DNA of 64,000 nucleotides from Thermoanaerobaculia bacterium (GTDB lineage Bacteria; Acidobacteriota; Thermoanaerobaculia; Gp7-AA8): NCBI GenBank assembly GCA_035525285.1, contig DATLFB010000044.1, positions 20,293 to 84,292 of the forward strand, read 5' to 3'. Shown piece by piece: positions 60,084 to 64,000 of this stretch (position 1 is its first letter; each line of letters starts with the position of its first letter). The notes under the pieces were generated by a model. It saw only the letters and a program-made list of their open reading frames with translations, ran no database searches and was not told where the DNA came from. The position numbers and the translations under genes were made by a program.

Positions 60084-60180
60084 TGTCATCCCGAGCGTAA
60101 GCGAGGGACCTGGGTGGGCGGATGATCGCGTAAATCGCGCCGCCCACCCACACAGGTCCCTCGCTACGCTCGGGATGACA
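60084..60180. terminator. long imperfect palindrome (~38-bp arms), REP-like; possible terminator of the GGDEF gene
   Basis: TGTCATCCCGAGCGTAAGCGAGGGACCTGGGTGGGCGG .. CCGCCCACCCACACAGGTCCCTCGCTACGCTCGGGATGACA, starting 9 nt after the stop at 60075. There is no U-tract. Confidence 0.5.
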
Positions 60181-60258
60181 GCAGGCGCGCCTCTACTCCT
60201 CGGCCTACTACGCGACACCCGCACGCCGTTCCGAAGCAAGTAAAATCCATCCATCCCC

Positions 60259-62685
<2,427 letters not shown>

Positions 62686-62690
62686 GGGAA

Positions 62691-62868
62691 GCCCGGTTTG
62701 CCCGGTTGCCCAGTTGCCCGGTTGCCCGGTTGCCCAGTTGCCCGGTTGCCCAGTTGCCCGGTTGCCGGTAAAGCAATGCCGGGTAACCGGGAAACCGGGT
62801 AACCGGGTAACCGGGTAACCGGGTAACCGGGAAACCGGGAAACCGGGTAACCGGGAAACCGGGCAACC
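62691..62868. repeat. two opposed arrays of 8-bp tandem repeats: (TTGCCCRG)x~9, an 11-nt centre, then (CCGGGWAA)x~11
   Basis: Read directly from the sequence. The arms are near-complementary, and TTGCCCGG pairs with CCGGGTAA if G-U pairs are allowed on the plus-strand RNA. It lies between the hybrid-kinase stop and the Ser/Thr kinase start. Confidence 0.9.
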
Positions 62869-62893
62869 GATCGGGTTATCCTTCCCCCGGCCA

Positions 62894-64000
62894 ATGCAAC
62901 TCGGACCTTATCGACTCATCAGCCGGCTCGGGGCCGGCGGCATGGGGGAAGTCTGGCGGGCGGAAGACACCAAGCTCCTGCGCCAGGTCGCCATCAAGAT
63001 CCTTCCCGCCGCGCTCGCGGCCGATCAGGAGTGGAAAGACCGCTTCCTGCGCGAGGCGCGCACGATCGCGCAGGTCACCCATCCGAACATCGCCACGATC
63101 TACGCCATCGACGAGATCGACGACACGTTGTTCATCGCCATGGAGCTGATCGAAGGCGAGCCGGTGTCGGCGATGATCGCGCGCGGCCCGCTGATCCCGC
63201 TCGATGCCGTCCGCATCGCCGCGCACGTCGCGGACGGGCTGAGCGAGGCGCACGAGAAGGGCATCGTGCACCGCGACATCAAGCCGGACAACATCCTCGT
63301 GTCGCCGCGCTTCGTGAAGGTGCTCGACTTCGGGATCGCCAAACACGTCGGCGGCACGGCCGAGTCGAATCTCACGCAGGCGAACATGGTCATCGGCACG
63401 CCGCATTACATGTCGCCCGAGCAGGCGATGGGCCGCACCGTCGATCGCCGCACGGACCTCTTTTCCCTCGGCGTGGTGATGTACGAGATGCTTTCGGGAA
63501 AGAAGCCCTTCACCGGCGAGGCCGTGACCGAGACGCTGCTGAAGATCGTCACGCAGGATCCGATCGACATCGCCATCGCGGCGGCCATGATCCCGAAGGC
63601 GCTCGCCGAGATCGTGCGCCGCTGCATGGCCAAGATGCCGGACCACCGCTTCGCGAATTGCGACCAGTTGCGCAAGGCGCTGGTGAGGTCGCTGCGCGAG
63701 GATCCGAATCGCGCGCGCCAGTCATCGGTGCCGACGATCTCGCTGCGGAAGAAGAGCGGGCCGCAACAACAGGCAGACGTGCAGACGCGGCCGGAGCCGC
63801 GGCGATTCGAGCCCGAGCCCGCGCCGCGCGCCGCGGTGTCGGCGCGCCCGCATACGCCGCCGGAACGCCAGCAACCGCCGGAAATGCCGCCGCCGCCGCG
63901 TCCTGTGATGCCGGCGGGGCCGGTTGAAGCACGGGCCACGGGAGACCGCGCGCTCGTCGCGGACGACGATCCGACGACGCGTTATCTACTGACGAGCGTG
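62894..64000 (+). CDS. Ser/Thr protein kinase (partial; runs off the window), probably continuing into a receiver domain
   Basis: I translated it by hand and found no stop before 64000. It has the Gly-loop LGAGGMGEVW, VAIK, HRDIKPDN, DFG and GTPHYMSPE. A Pro-rich linker follows, then RALVADDDPTTRYLLTSV, which looks like the start of a REC domain. Confidence 0.9.
   Translation, partial: MQLGPYRLISRLGAGGMGEVWRAEDTKLLRQVAIKILPAALAADQEWKDRFLREARTIAQVTHPNIATIYAIDEIDDTLFIAMELIEGEPVSAMIARGPLIPLDAVRIAAHVADGLSEAHEKGIVHRDIKPDNILVSPRFVKVLDFGIAKHVGGTAESNLTQANMVIGTPHYMSPEQAMGRTVDRRTDLFSLGVVMYEMLSGKKPFTGEAVTETLLKIVTQDPIDIAIAAAMIPKALAEIVRRCMAKMPDHRFANCDQLRKALVRSLREDPNRARQSSVPTISLRKKSGPQQQADVQTRPEPRRFEPEPAPRAAVSARPHTPPERQQPPEMPPPPRPVMPAGPVEARATGDRALVADDDPTTRYLLTSV

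Overview
High-G+C bacterial chromosomal window (about two-thirds G+C by eye; the REP-like hairpins and Reg_prop sensor kinases suggest a soil Acidobacteriota- or Gemmatimonadota-like organism, which is inference only). About 60% of the window is one minus-strand operon (49060 to 9109). It encodes a secreted 280-aa protein, a 6,807-aa multi-domain surface protein, and a translationally coupled ~6,039-aa RHS/YD-repeat polymorphic toxin. The toxin's ~269-aa C-terminal tip is followed directly by a putative immunity gene. The RHS gene carries a single-base frame break exactly at the conserved core-end motif, and two copies of a (GATTGAG)4 heptanucleotide repeat. Downstream lies an RHS graveyard: two orphan RHS fragments, a 5'-truncated rve/DDE transposase and a repeat-flanked cargo ORF. 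The left flank holds a low-G+C asparaginase gene. It also holds an XRE-associated operon with a patatin-like phospholipase, a lipoprotein, small proteins, and frameshifted DUF2188 and SLT-like genes. The right flank holds decayed accessory genes (an EEP nuclease fragment and a toxin-antitoxin remnant) and a 21-bp minisatellite that probably encodes a His-rich heptad mini-protein. It ends in a signalling neighbourhood with two Reg_prop sensors (a histidine kinase and a GGDEF protein), PilZ, a hybrid kinase, a PRMT-like methyltransferase and a Ser/Thr kinase. I found no rRNA, tRNA or CRISPR. All functions come from motif recognition by eye, and domain boundaries inside the giant genes are approximate.
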